From assembly GCA_963706955.1 (NCBI GenBank), contig CAVPOC010000010.1:32001-96000 (forward strand): a stretch of DNA of 64,000 bases. The letters are read 5' to 3'. Positions 1 to 10,400 of this stretch are shown piece after piece. The position numbers were made by a program, and so were the translations under genes. A model generated the notes under the pieces. The model searched no databases. It was not told the DNA's origin and worked only from the letters and a program-made list of their open reading frames with translations. The stretch comes from an uncultured Verrucomicrobiae bacterium (GTDB lineage Bacteria > Verrucomicrobiota > Verrucomicrobiia > Chthoniobacterales > Terrimicrobiaceae). How positions within the stretch are numbered: the stretch's first letter is position 1; the number at the start of each line of letters is the position of its first letter.

Positions 1-730
1 GTGCAGGGGCGGTATTTGCTGTGCCTGGAGCGGCTGCTGCGGCAGCTGCGGGGGCGGCCCCGGCATCCTGGACGAGGACTTTCTCAGTTGCCTGTAGTTC
101 CTTTTGCGTCCAAGGTTCTGTTCGGTCCTTTGTCTGCTCGCGGATCTTGGCGACGAAGTCTTTGGTGATGGGCGGCGCTTTGTTGCCCCACTCGTTTCGC
201 ACGTAAGTAAGGACAGCAGCGATTTGTTCATCCTTGAGCACTTTACCCCAGGGGGCCATCACATTGTTGAACTGCTCGCCTTTCACGGTCACCGCTCCGT
301 GGAACCCGTGCAGGACGATTTTGACGATGTGATTATCGCCATGCCAGTCCTGCGCGAGCACCCATTCGCTCCCGGCGAGCGGAGGAAACTGACCGGCTAC
401 GCCCAGCCCTGTCTGCTGGTGACAAACGGCGCAGTTCTGGGTGAAGAGACGCTTGCCGATAACCATCGGATCGGGCGCGGCGGCCGCGCCGCCGGTTCCG
501 GCGCCGTCCCAGGCCACTCGAGCCGGATTGAAGACATTCACTCTGAAACCTCCGCTATTCCAAAACAGATACCCCGCACCCAGAAATGCAAGAGCGAGGA
601 AGCTGATAATCAGCCAGGTTGGCAGCAACTCCGCTCCTTCACGGGACGCGTTGGATTCGCGTAGCAGGTCAACGTGCTGTTGCACGAGATCCTCGTCCTG
701 AGCTCTTTCATTTGTCGGTTTGTCGATCAC
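1..730 (-). CDS. Membrane-anchored monoheme cytochrome c (CcoP/class I-like), 3' end runs off the window
   Basis: Not in the ORF track because it has no stop in the window. Manual translation from GTG 730: TM helix WLIISFLALAFLGAGYLFW, then GKRLFTQNCAVCHQQTGLGVAGQFPPLAGSEW...NNVMAPWG (CxxCH plus distal Met) and an Ala/Pro tail. Confidence 0.85.
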   Translation of the reverse strand, partial: MIDKPTNERAQDEDLVQQHVDLLRESNASREGAELLPTWLIISFLALAFLGAGYLFWNSGGFRVNVFNPARVAWDGAGTGGAAAAPDPMVIGKRLFTQNCAVCHQQTGLGVAGQFPPLAGSEWVLAQDWHGDNHIVKIVLHGFHGAVTVKGEQFNNVMAPWGKVLKDEQIAAVLTYVRNEWGNKAPPITKDFVAKIREQTKDRTEPWTQKELQATEKVLVQDAGAAPAAAAAAAPGTANTAPA

Positions 731-734
731 GGCT

Positions 735-1358
735 TTACTGAAGGGGTTCAGCTTCGGGCAGAGTGTAGTCCCGCTTCAGAGAAAGAAGATATGCTACAAG
801 CAGCCGCGCCTCTTCGCTAGGGACGATTTCGTAACCGGTCGCGGGCGCGTAGCGGCCAGTTAGCCCAGTGACGGCATTGGCACTCTGCTGGCCGACAATC
901 TTTCGATTTTGATAGAGGTATCGATACGAAGGCATGTTCGACCCTGGCGTAATCATGGCAGGTTCGTAGAGGTGTTGGTGGAACCAATTTGCATCACTTG
1001 ACCTCAGCGCAACATTGGTCAAGTCGGGTCCAATGCGCAGATTCCCCAAGAATGCCGGATTCTCGCGCATGTAGTCGCGCGCCACGGTCGGGCGTGGGCC
1101 AAGCTTCTTTTCAACATCCGTCGAGAAAGCTCCGGAGCGTACCTGTTGAGTGTGGCAGGAAACGCAGCCGTTGGCCGCATAGACGCGCTGTCCGGCCGCA
1201 GCGAGGCCGGAGAGGGGTGGCGGATTGCTATCTCCCGTATTCTCATCAACTGCCGGCTGCATGCGGCCGAGGTGGAGATAAGAATAGCCGACAATACCAA
1301 ACCAGGCGGCGGTGAAGACCGCGAAAATTCCAAACACGAGCGTGGACAATTTGCTCAT
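735..1358 (-). CDS. ccoO: cbb3-type cytochrome c oxidase subunit II-like monoheme cytochrome c
   Basis: N-terminal TM helix; GQRVYAANGCVSCHTQQVR, RIGPDL and PGSNMPSY are typical CcoO/FixO motifs; overlaps the ccoN-like stop. Confidence 0.88.
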   Translation of the reverse strand: MSKLSTLVFGIFAVFTAAWFGIVGYSYLHLGRMQPAVDENTGDSNPPPLSGLAAAGQRVYAANGCVSCHTQQVRSGAFSTDVEKKLGPRPTVARDYMRENPAFLGNLRIGPDLTNVALRSSDANWFHQHLYEPAMITPGSNMPSYRYLYQNRKIVGQQSANAVTGLTGRYAPATGYEIVPSEEARLLVAYLLSLKRDYTLPEAEPLQ

Positions 1359-2770
1359 ACGCTCGCCGGCTCAGAAACAGTTAGACGCGAGCGCGAGGGT
1401 TCAGGGAGAGAACTGGCCTCAAGCAAATTGCGAATGAAAACGATGGCAAAGGCAATCGTCCCGGCGAAAACCGCTACCGCTCCCAGTGCGCTCATCACGC
1501 GAAAGGGAAACACCAGCGAAAGCGAACTCATGAAGTTCACATTCAGATCATTCAGCGCGAAGCCCTGAATCAGACCGCCCAACGTCAGGCAGACGAACAT
1601 TGTCCCGGCTCCGCAAACAAAGAGCCAAAAGTGCCAGGGAACGCACCGCGAGGAAAAATCCGCTCCGGTTAAGCGCGGCACTACATAATAGAAAGCCCCA
1701 AAAAGCGTCATGCTGAGAAATCCCAGCATGAGCATCACGTGCTCGCCGGTCGTATAGTCCGAGAAATGCGTCACTACCGCAAGAATGGGAGTGGCCGCTC
1801 CTTGGAGAACAACGCACACAAAACAAACCAGTCCCACGACGGTGAACAAGACATCAGGTGTATGGGGTTTGGTCCGTGCGCTCAAGGTGCCAAAGGTATT
1901 GATGCCAATAATCGTTGCCGGAATGAGCATCATGATGTCCGCCGCGACACTCGCACTCACCAGCCACGCGGGCACGGGGCCACCGATCAACTGCCTCACG
2001 CCCATCCAGCCGCCAAGGAAGGCAAGAAGCCAAAACGCCAGAACGCTCGAAGGATAGGCTCGCACGGGCCGTTGGGCAAAGTGCGGAACCAGATAATAAA
2101 CGGCACCGAGAACGATCGGCACCAGCCAGAGCCAGACGAGCGCACCAAAGAACCAACTTGCGATCGGACCTTGAGCCGAACCCTGCACCGGATACCAAAT
2201 GAGGAGCATGTTGGCGGTCGCGTACAACCACGGAAAACAGAGAAAAGCCGCGAGCAAATACCACTGCGACACGTAAAGTCCCTCGCGAGATCGGTCGCGA
2301 AGCAGGAATAGGCTCCACACGCCGATACAAACATAGGCAACGAGCAGAACGGCCGCCCCCGCGCCGGGGAATTCCAAACCCCTCACCGCATTCCCATCAC
2401 CGGCGAGAATCCCGCAAATGCCAAGAAGCACACCGAAATTCCAAAATGCGCCGGCGGTCAGCAGAAGCCGTTCGGAACCGAGAGCCGTCCGTCCGAGCTG
2501 AGCCAGCAACCAAAAACCAACGCCCATTCCGGCCTGCGACGCCCACCCATACCACAACGAGTTCTCCGCCGCCGCCTGAATTCTTCCGAAGGTCAACCAG
2601 CCAGATCCGTCTAGTAACGACGGCATCACGAGCTTCCACGCTGCCAGGCAACTCAGGAATGATCCAATGACCAACCAAAATATTGCCGAGCCCAAAAACA
2701 TGAGCACGGGGAAACGCAAGGCTTCGCGATGCTCCTGGTCTTGTATTTTAGTGACGATTGGTGGGTTCAT
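1355..2770 (-). CDS. cbb3-type oxidase subunit I (CcoN) homologue lacking the canonical metal-ligand histidines
   Basis: 471 aa from ATG 2770, about 12 hydrophobic segments; CcoN-like motifs WLTFGR, LYVSQWY, YYLVP..AQRPV, HFSDY, YYVVPRL, HFWL; His ligands substituted (see findings). Confidence 0.8.
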   Translation of the reverse strand: MNPPIVTKIQDQEHREALRFPVLMFLGSAIFWLVIGSFLSCLAAWKLVMPSLLDGSGWLTFGRIQAAAENSLWYGWASQAGMGVGFWLLAQLGRTALGSERLLLTAGAFWNFGVLLGICGILAGDGNAVRGLEFPGAGAAVLLVAYVCIGVWSLFLLRDRSREGLYVSQWYLLAAFLCFPWLYATANMLLIWYPVQGSAQGPIASWFFGALVWLWLVPIVLGAVYYLVPHFAQRPVRAYPSSVLAFWLLAFLGGWMGVRQLIGGPVPAWLVSASVAADIMMLIPATIIGINTFGTLSARTKPHTPDVLFTVVGLVCFVCVVLQGAATPILAVVTHFSDYTTGEHVMLMLGFLSMTLFGAFYYVVPRLTGADFSSRCVPWHFWLFVCGAGTMFVCLTLGGLIQGFALNDLNVNFMSSLSLVFPFRVMSALGAVAVFAGTIAFAIVFIRNLLEASSLPEPSRSRLTVSEPASV

Positions 2771-2813
2771 GTTCCCAAAAGGGTCGCGCCGCACCGGCGG
2801 CAGCCCTGAGTTG

Positions 2814-3376
2814 TCATAGATTGGCCGTGGCTTGCGTTGCTGGATTGCTAGCCGGTGTGGGCGCTGCGGCGGGCGACGCGATGCTGCCGGCGAGGCGGCG
2901 GGCGCGGGCGACGCGGCCGGTGACGCCGCAGGCGAGGCCGGAGGTGCCGCGACTGGTGAAGCTGCGGGCGCTGCTGTCGGGGCAGCCGCCGGTGAGCCTA
3001 CAGGTGAAGCTGCGGGCGCTGCCGTCGGGCCAGCCGCCGGTGAGGCTGCGGGCGATGGAGCTGGAGTGGCGATGGGGCCTGCCGCCGTTGGCTTTTTGGA
3101 GTTCAGTTCCACGATGGCGAGTTCCATGGCCCGTTCGATGGGGATCTGCACCGTGCCCTTCGCTTTATCGACCCAGGCGTAGTTTTGAAGCTTCTGGGCG
3201 TTTTCGGCTTCAAGCTCCTGATGAGCCTTGGCCCGTTCAGCGGCGCGCGCGGCATCTTCATCGGGTGCAGGCGCGAATCCCAGCAGGAGCCTCACCGCTA
3301 TCACGAAAAGTAAGAGCAGGAGAAATCCGCCGGCGAGGACGAGCCACAATGGTCTGGAGTGGGCGGCGGAGCTCAT
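2814..3376 (-). CDS. actG: ActG-like single-TM subunit with Ala/Pro-rich tail; apparent frameshift near 2880
   Basis: ATG 3376 overlaps the actF TGA; TM helix then YAWVDKAKGTVQIPIERAM, a motif typical of the small gene after actF; ASPAA repeats continue in another frame (ASPAAAPTPASNPATQATANL*) to TGA at 2814-2816. Confidence 0.62.
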
Positions 3377-4572
3377 CAGTTCTTCAGGGCGATCGACTTT
3401 CCGAGACGCGGATCGCGCGCCGGAAAGAGCGAAGAGTCTCCGAGTCGCTTCAGAAAAACAGCGGCCAGCGTGCAACCGATGGCAACCAGGCTGAAAAAGT
3501 CGAGTGGATTTGGCCGAACTCCCGCGACGTGCAAGACGGGAAGCACAACGATATAGATGTCAAGCATGTGCATCAGCAGGATCCAAACCGCCATGCCGCA
3601 GAGAAAGGTCGGTGTCTTCTTGGCACGTTGGAAGAGCAGCAAGAGAAATGGGACGAAGAAATGCCCGACCACCATGAATTGGCTCAGATACCACCAGCTC
3701 GCGGTATTGCGCCGCAGGAAATAGACAGTCTCTTCGGGGATGTTCGAATACCAGATCAGCATATACTGGCTGAAACCGATGTAGGCCCAGAAGATCGTAA
3801 AGGAGAGCATCAGCTTACCCATGATGTGGTAATGCTCCAGGTTCACCACCTGCTGCAGATAGCCCGCGCCACGCAGCGCGGTCACGATCAAGACCAGCAC
3901 GCACATTGAGCTGAGCGCGGTTCCGGCGAAAATGTAAACGCCCCACATCGTGGAAAACCAGTGGTAGTCCAGCCCCATTAACCAGTCGACGGCAGCAAAA
4001 GTGAGACAGACCGCGAAAGGAATGGCACTGGCAAAGGTCACCCGACGATTGAACACCGTGTAAACCGCGGCCCCACTGCTATCCTGGGCAATCGAGAACG
4101 TTCGCAGGAGCGTCGAGGAGGCCACAAAGAAGATGAAGTAGAGACTCGCCCTGATATAAAAGAAGGGCACATTAAGATAGGCGGCCTTCTCGACCAAGAG
4201 AGGATCATGGGCGTTCTCAGGCTGCATCCATTCCCAGAGCGTCGGACCGACAGCAAGCAGTGGAATAAAGAGCAGCGCCATGATCGCAAGAAGGCTACCC
4301 ATATTTTCCAACTGCCGGCGGACGACCACGCTCCATTCGGCATCCACCGCATGATGGACCAGCGTCCAGAAGAGTCCTCCCATGCAGATGGTCAGGAAAA
4401 ACGTGTAGGCAAAGAGATAGGAGAAAGCGAACTGCCTGGGATCGATGAATGCCCCAACCAGCACCACCACAAACGCCAGCACCGCCATGCCAATCAATCC
4501 AAGAAAACGGCCCCCGACATGCTTGTAGTCGAAAAACTCCGGCTGCGGATGTTGGCTGAACGATTGACTCAT
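3376..4572 (-). CDS. actF: Alternative complex III subunit F (ActC paralogue, integral membrane)
   Basis: Multi-TM; DWLMGLDYHWFSTMWG, FWAYIGFSQYMLIWYSNIPEET; position in act operon. Confidence 0.9.
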   Translation of the reverse strand: MSQSFSQHPQPEFFDYKHVGGRFLGLIGMAVLAFVVVLVGAFIDPRQFAFSYLFAYTFFLTICMGGLFWTLVHHAVDAEWSVVVRRQLENMGSLLAIMALLFIPLLAVGPTLWEWMQPENAHDPLLVEKAAYLNVPFFYIRASLYFIFFVASSTLLRTFSIAQDSSGAAVYTVFNRRVTFASAIPFAVCLTFAAVDWLMGLDYHWFSTMWGVYIFAGTALSSMCVLVLIVTALRGAGYLQQVVNLEHYHIMGKLMLSFTIFWAYIGFSQYMLIWYSNIPEETVYFLRRNTASWWYLSQFMVVGHFFVPFLLLLFQRAKKTPTFLCGMAVWILLMHMLDIYIVVLPVLHVAGVRPNPLDFFSLVAIGCTLAAVFLKRLGDSSLFPARDPRLGKSIALKN

Positions 4573-5262
4573 CTATTGGGACTCCAGTTTGACGCGTTCC
4601 GCCGGAGGCACGTCGCCCAATACGGCTCCGCCTTGCGACTTCTGCAGCGCTCGCAGGTAGGCGATGATCGCCCAGCGGTCGATCACCTGAATGCGGTCAC
4701 CATAGCCGAGCATAGTGTTCTTGCCGTGCGTGATCGTGTTGAAAATCTCCCCGTCAGCCATGGTGCGAATGCGATCCTGAAGCAGACTTTGCACCGTATT
4801 GAGTCCAAATTTTTGCGCGATGCCGTTTCCCGCTCCGGTGGCGCCGTGACAGACTGCGCAATAGATGCCAAATCGCTGTTGGCCCCGCCCCATCACCGCA
4901 GGGGAGATCTGAAAGGGAACGCCCGTGCCCCAATTCTCGCCCATCTTTCCGGTGTCGATGTAGGTGGGCGAACTCGAGAAGATGATCTGCTGGTATGGCC
5001 CTGTGGCCTGGCCTACCGAACCGTCCACCAGCTTGTGCATCGGCATCGCATAGCCCAGCGGCACCGTGCCCTCGACCGGCGGGCGCGCGGCGCGTCCATC
5101 CGCAAAGAACTCACTCGGTGTTTGCGGCTTCACTTTGGGTTGGCGATCCATGTCGGGAAAGATCTCGATCGGCGCCTGGCCACCCTTTTGCCCACGTAGC
5201 CCAGCCATTGCCAGAACGACAAGCCCCAGAAAGGCAAATGCGATGAAGAAGTATTTCAGCAT
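4573..5262 (-). CDS. actE: Alternative complex III subunit E (monoheme cytochrome c)
   Basis: DMDRQPKVKPQ..SEFFADG...RPPVEGTV, CAVCH, DRWAIIAYLRALQ. Confidence 0.9.
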   Translation of the reverse strand: MLKYFFIAFAFLGLVVLAMAGLRGQKGGQAPIEIFPDMDRQPKVKPQTPSEFFADGRAARPPVEGTVPLGYAMPMHKLVDGSVGQATGPYQQIIFSSSPTYIDTGKMGENWGTGVPFQISPAVMGRGQQRFGIYCAVCHGATGAGNGIAQKFGLNTVQSLLQDRIRTMADGEIFNTITHGKNTMLGYGDRIQVIDRWAIIAYLRALQKSQGGAVLGDVPPAERVKLESQ

Positions 5263-5332
5263 TCTTGTCTGCCTGGCTTCAAATTATCCAGCATGTGCAT
5301 GGCGAGGTCTGCTTGCATTTCAGTTCAGGCCA

Positions 5333-5899
5333 CTAGTCCTCGTGAACCCTGGTGATATGGCGTGCGCCGAGAGATTCGAGGAACTCGCGAACTTCGCTTT
5401 CGCCGAATTTGGGATCTCTCTTTTCAACCACGCAAAAGAACTTGTCCTCGCTGACTCGCTTAAACCTCTCCCAGTTAAACATGGGGTGATTCAGACGCGG
5501 TAGGCCGTTCATCATCAGCATTCCGAAGGTCGCGGTGAAGGCCGAGATGAGCACCGTGAATTCGAACATGATCGGAAAAAAAGCCGGCACGGTGAAAAGA
5601 TTTGTCGGCTTGCCCATGACGATCAGCGGATAAATGAACGAGCTCGGCACGAACTGGATCGCCACCGCCGAAATAAAGCCGATCAGACCACCCACGAAGA
5701 CGATCTTGCCAAGCAGCGACCGCTTCAGCCCCATCGCTTGATCCATGCCGTGGATCGGAAAGGGCGAAAAGACATCGAAGCGCGTGAAGCCGGCATCGCG
5801 CATCTGCTCGGCAGCGTGGAATAACTCGCCCGCGGTATCAAACTCCGCGGCGATACCGTAGAAGGGTGCTTCGGGATTTCCGGCGACGTGGGCAGACAT
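5333..5899 (-). CDS. actD: Alternative complex III subunit D (DUF3341-type)
   Basis: FSPFPIHGMDQAMG, two TM helices, PAFFPIMFEFTVL. Confidence 0.9.
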   Translation of the reverse strand: MSAHVAGNPEAPFYGIAAEFDTAGELFHAAEQMRDAGFTRFDVFSPFPIHGMDQAMGLKRSLLGKIVFVGGLIGFISAVAIQFVPSSFIYPLIVMGKPTNLFTVPAFFPIMFEFTVLISAFTATFGMLMMNGLPRLNHPMFNWERFKRVSEDKFFCVVEKRDPKFGESEVREFLESLGARHITRVHED

Positions 5900-7327
5900 T
5901 TAGTGCTTCCCTGCAGGGTGCGGGTGGTAATGGGGATCAGCCTCCGGCAGCACCGCTTTGACCTCGAACATGCAGATCATCGGCAGGAAGCGGATGAAGA
6001 GCAGAAAGAGAGTGAAGAAAAGACCGAGCGATCCGACGAACATCGAAATATCCACCCACGTGGGATGGAACATGCCCCATGAAGAGGGCAGGAAGTCGCG
6101 GGCCAGCGTAGTCGCGATGATCACGAAGCGCTCATACCACATGCCCGCATTGGGAAATTGAACGATGATCCAGACCCAGACCAGATGCGTGCGAAAATAT
6201 TTGAACCAGAAAAGCTGCGGAGCAACGACATTGCAGAACATCATGCAGAAATAGGCCCACCAATACGGCCCCGTAGCGCGGTAGAGGAACGCGGCCTGTT
6301 CGTAAGGATTGCCGCTGTACCAAGCCATGAAGAGCTCCATCAGGTAGGCGTAGCCCACGATCGATCCTGTGAAGACGATCACCTTGCACATCTTGTCCAC
6401 GTGGGAAATAGTCACGAGATCGTGGAGCGGCTTATAGAGCGCGCAAGCCGGGATCATGATGGTCAGAACCATCGCAAAGCCGCCAAAAATGGCTCCGGCC
6501 ACGAAATACGGCGGGAAAATCGTCGTGTGCCAGCCGGGAATCACGGAGGTGGCGAAGTCGAATGACACCACCGAGTGCACTGAAAGGACCAGCGGAGTCG
6601 AGAGACCTGCGAGAATAAGGTAGGCCATCTCGTAGTGGCGCCAGTGACGATTGCTCCCGCGCCAGCCCAGGGCAAGAATGCCGTAGGCAAACTTGCGGAT
6701 CTTCGTCTTGGCCCGATCGCGCAATGTGGCGATATCCGGAATCAGGCCCGTATACCAAAACAACACCGAAACAGTGAAGTAGGTGCCGACCGCGAAGACG
6801 TCCCAAAGCAACGGACTCCGGAAATTTGGCCAGATACCGTTGGAGTTCGGCACCGGCGCCATGAACCAGGCCATCCACACCCGGCCAATGTGAAAGCCCG
6901 GGTAAATCGCCGCGCAAATGACCGCGAATAGCGTCATCGCCTCCGCGGCGCGGTTAATTGAGGTGCGCCACTTTTGACGCGTCAAAAAGAGGATCGCGGA
7001 AATCAGTGTTCCGGCGTGACCAATACCGATCCAGAACACGAAATTGGTGATATCCCACGCCCAGCCAACGGGAACATTGTTGCCCCAGACGCCAACTCCC
7101 GTCGAAACCAGATAGATAATGCAGCCAAAAAGAAGCAGAGCCAGTGGCGTGGTGACCGCCATGGCAGCCCACCACCAGAGCGGCGTCCGCGATTCGACGA
7201 TGGAACTTACATAGGCGGCAATCCACCCCATGGTGCGCCGATTGAGCACGAGGGGTGGGCGCTCGACGGAGCGCTCATCGAATTGCGCTTCCGCTGGACG
7301 CGGTTCGGTTGTCGAAGTGTCAGCCAT
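5900..7327 (-). CDS. actC: Alternative complex III subunit C (NrfD/PsrC family)
   Basis: [73 protein letters not shown]. Confidence 0.95.
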   Translation of the reverse strand: MADTSTTEPRPAEAQFDERSVERPPLVLNRRTMGWIAAYVSSIVESRTPLWWWAAMAVTTPLALLLFGCIIYLVSTGVGVWGNNVPVGWAWDITNFVFWIGIGHAGTLISAILFLTRQKWRTSINRAAEAMTLFAVICAAIYPGFHIGRVWMAWFMAPVPNSNGIWPNFRSPLLWDVFAVGTYFTVSVLFWYTGLIPDIATLRDRAKTKIRKFAYGILALGWRGSNRHWRHYEMAYLILAGLSTPLVLSVHSVVSFDFATSVIPGWHTTIFPPYFVAGAIFGGFAMVLTIMIPACALYKPLHDLVTISHVDKMCKVIVFTGSIVGYAYLMELFMAWYSGNPYEQAAFLYRATGPYWWAYFCMMFCNVVAPQLFWFKYFRTHLVWVWIIVQFPNAGMWYERFVIIATTLARDFLPSSWGMFHPTWVDISMFVGSLGLFFTLFLLFIRFLPMICMFEVKAVLPEADPHYHPHPAGKH

Positions 7328-7486
7328 GGATTATCCCGCCAACGAAGGCTCCTCGCTTTGCCCGCACGCGTGGCGTGCATGTTCGCAGATCCCCAGCCAG
7401 CAAGTGGACGTGTTCAATGGTGCGTTGGCTCCTCCGTTTCGTGACGATCGCCTGTCCCGTGTCCGTTGGCGTCGTGTTCATTGACA

Positions 7487-10400
7487 TCATGATCCTCGGC
7501 GCCGTGATTCGGCGCCGTGACCATGGGGTTCACCGTTGGCCATCCCGACCCTGCTCGCGTCTGGCATTTTTGAATTCGGGTTCTTGATTCGCGCGAGGTA
7601 ACTCACCCGGGGTAGGGTATTCAAGTACTTCAGCATCACATAGCCGCGATCGCTCTGGCGCGTTCTCGACACCGGGCTTTGCAGGTTTCGGATATTACCG
7701 AAAACAAGCGAGTCGCTCGGGCAGGCTTGCTGGCAAGCCGTCTTGAACTCGCGAATCGGCACGTCATTCTTGTTGCGGGGCCCTGCCTCCACCAAACGGG
7801 CAATCTTGGCCTCTTCAATGCGCTGAATGCAAAAGGTGCACTTCTCCATCACGCCGCGCATCCGGACGGTGACGTTCGGGTTCTTAGCCATTTGCAGGCT
7901 ATCTGCCATGCCCTTCCGAGCTACCGGGCCAGCATACAACTGATCAAGCGGTCTTTGATTGTAATCGAAGTAGTTAAAGCGGCGCACCTTCCAAGGGCAA
8001 TTATTCGAACAATACCGCGTCCCGATACAACGATTGTATGCCATAAGGTTCAAGCCATCCTCGCTATGAACGGTGGCATTGACCGGACACACGGTCTCGC
8101 AAGGAGCGTTCTCGCAGTGTTGACACAGCATCGCCTGCGCGAGCATCTCGGGATCTTCCGGTTCGCCGGCGAAATAGCGGTCAATTCGAATCCAAGCCAT
8201 ATCGCGGTTTCGACGAACTTGCTCCTTGCCGACGACCGGAACGTTATTCTCTGCTTGGCAGGCAACGACGCAAGCGTTGCAGCCAAAGCAGGTATTCAAA
8301 TCGACGGTCATTCCCCATTGCTCGTTCGCCGTCAGCTGCGGGTGCGAATAGAGCGAGATGTTGGGAGGGATGTGGCTATCCATCCCCATAGTTTGAGCAA
8401 ACTTGGGATCATGCTGGTAGCGCTCGAGAGTTCCCTCTCGGAACAAGTCTCGGCCCTCCATGCTGCGGTGCTCCTGTGTTTGCGCCAGAGGATACCGCTC
8501 TTTGGTGACCTTCACCTGCACTCCCGTCAAGAAACGCTCGGCATCGGTTGACCGGAGTGGATACGCATTGAATCCAACTCCTTCGAAGAGTGCCGAGACA
8601 CCGCTGCGGCCATATCCCAGCGCCAGGGAGATCGAATCCTCGGCGTGGCCGGGCGCGACATAAGCGGCCGCCGTGACAGAAGTTCCACCGGGGGACTTGA
8701 TCTCGATGAGGTCGGCCACCACGTCGAAATCGATATTGTTGCCCAGTTGCTCGGCCACCTGGTAGATCGGACCGAAATTGTTGGCGCGGATGCCGAGCTT
8801 CTCGGCGGTCGCGGGACTAACCAGCGCGACGTTGTCCCACGTCACCTTGGTCTCAAAGTCGGGAGTTTCCTGAAGCCAAGAATTGTTTGCGTATCTGCCG
8901 TCGTCCACGCTGTTGCTCTGCAGGAAGACTAGCTCGATGCCTTCGGCGAGTGGCTTAATGTCCTTTATTGGCGCTGCTGCCTGACCTCCCGAAAATGAAA
9001 GGGGCGCCGCTGGCCATTCACTACCGGGAGCAAAGCCAACTCGAAGGACCGAATTCCATTTTTCCGGATCGGCATTAAACGTCTGCGCAAAAGTTTCCTG
9101 AATGAGAGCGGGCCCTTGAGGTTTCGGTCGCCCCGCGAGCTGCGCGAGAATCTCCAATTCACTGACGCCATTCCACAGCGGCAAGATCATCGGCTGTACT
9201 ACCGAGTAGGAGCCGTCGTAAGCGCGCACGTCGCTCCACATCTCCAGATAATGCGCAGCAGGGATGTGCCAGCGACAAAGCTTGGATGTTTCGTCCTCGA
9301 ACAACCCGAGGCGCACCGACTGCGAGACCTTCCCGAGAAGGTCAGAGAAATTCAAATCGGAAGGTGCGTTGTAGGCGGGATTGCCACCAAGCACAAAGAG
9401 CGTCTTTATCGACCCGGCTTCGATCCCAGCTTTCAGGTCGCCGATAGTGCCGGTCGGCTTCTCATCGGTCGCCGCGCCAAGGATGGTGGCGCCGATATTG
9501 CCAAGCGCCTGGTTGATCGCATGGCCAAGAATCTGCACCCAAACGGGCTGCTGCTCTCCGACAAAGACGATACTCCGTCCTCGGCTTGCCAGGAGATCGT
9601 TGGCACACCCAGAGAGCCAGGCCTCATCGAAGGTCGCGTCCATCTTTGGACAGGCCTGAAGAATCGACGCCAGCTCCGAGTCGCCGGCCGAAGCAGACAG
9701 GTGGCTGCCAAGCTGCCGAGTGAATTCGCCAATCAGAGAGGCTTTGCAGCGATAACGATGGTCCGCTAGGCCGCCGGTGCCGGTGTAGTGATTCTCAACG
9801 ACGTAGAGGCGATTCATCGGGGCGCCCTTTTGGTCGGGGCTGCGGCGCTGGAAGAAACCGTGGGCGAAGCCGACGCCTTTGTCGCTCTGGTTGAGAAACT
9901 CGCTGTCCAGGGCGACAATCACATCGGCCTGCTGAAAATTCGGCAGCAGACGGACACCCTGCCCGAAAGAGGCCGAAACCGCCCCCTGTGCCAAAGTATT
10001 TCCGAGCGGCTCATACTCGCACCAAATCATTCCCGGAAATTTTCCCTCGAGTTCCGCGCGGAGCCTGTCTCGCGTGGGAGAGTTATTGCGCTCCACCAGA
10101 AATGCCACACCCTCGGCAGACGCACTCAGACCCTTAAGCAAATTGTCCAATGCTTCAGGGCGAGCCTCGACACCGTTTTCCTTTATCGTCCTGGAACGAT
10201 TCGGATCGTAGAGATCCAATATGCTCGCTTGAGCGAAAGCGTCTGTCCCGCCATTGCTGAAAGGATGAAGGGGATTGCCTTCGATTTTCGTCGGTCGGCC
10301 GTCGACGGTGCTGACAATCAGAGGCATCGCGCCCTGCCGCAACGGCATCGCTGTTGCGTAAAAAAGGAACTTTCCGGGAATGGTCCACTCGACCCCCTTA

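Noticed and set aside
1355..3475. 706 aa ORF as a single genuine protein starting at 3475
   Set aside because: The start overlaps actF by 100 bp and the junction looks frameshifted; better explained as actG-like plus ccoN-like.
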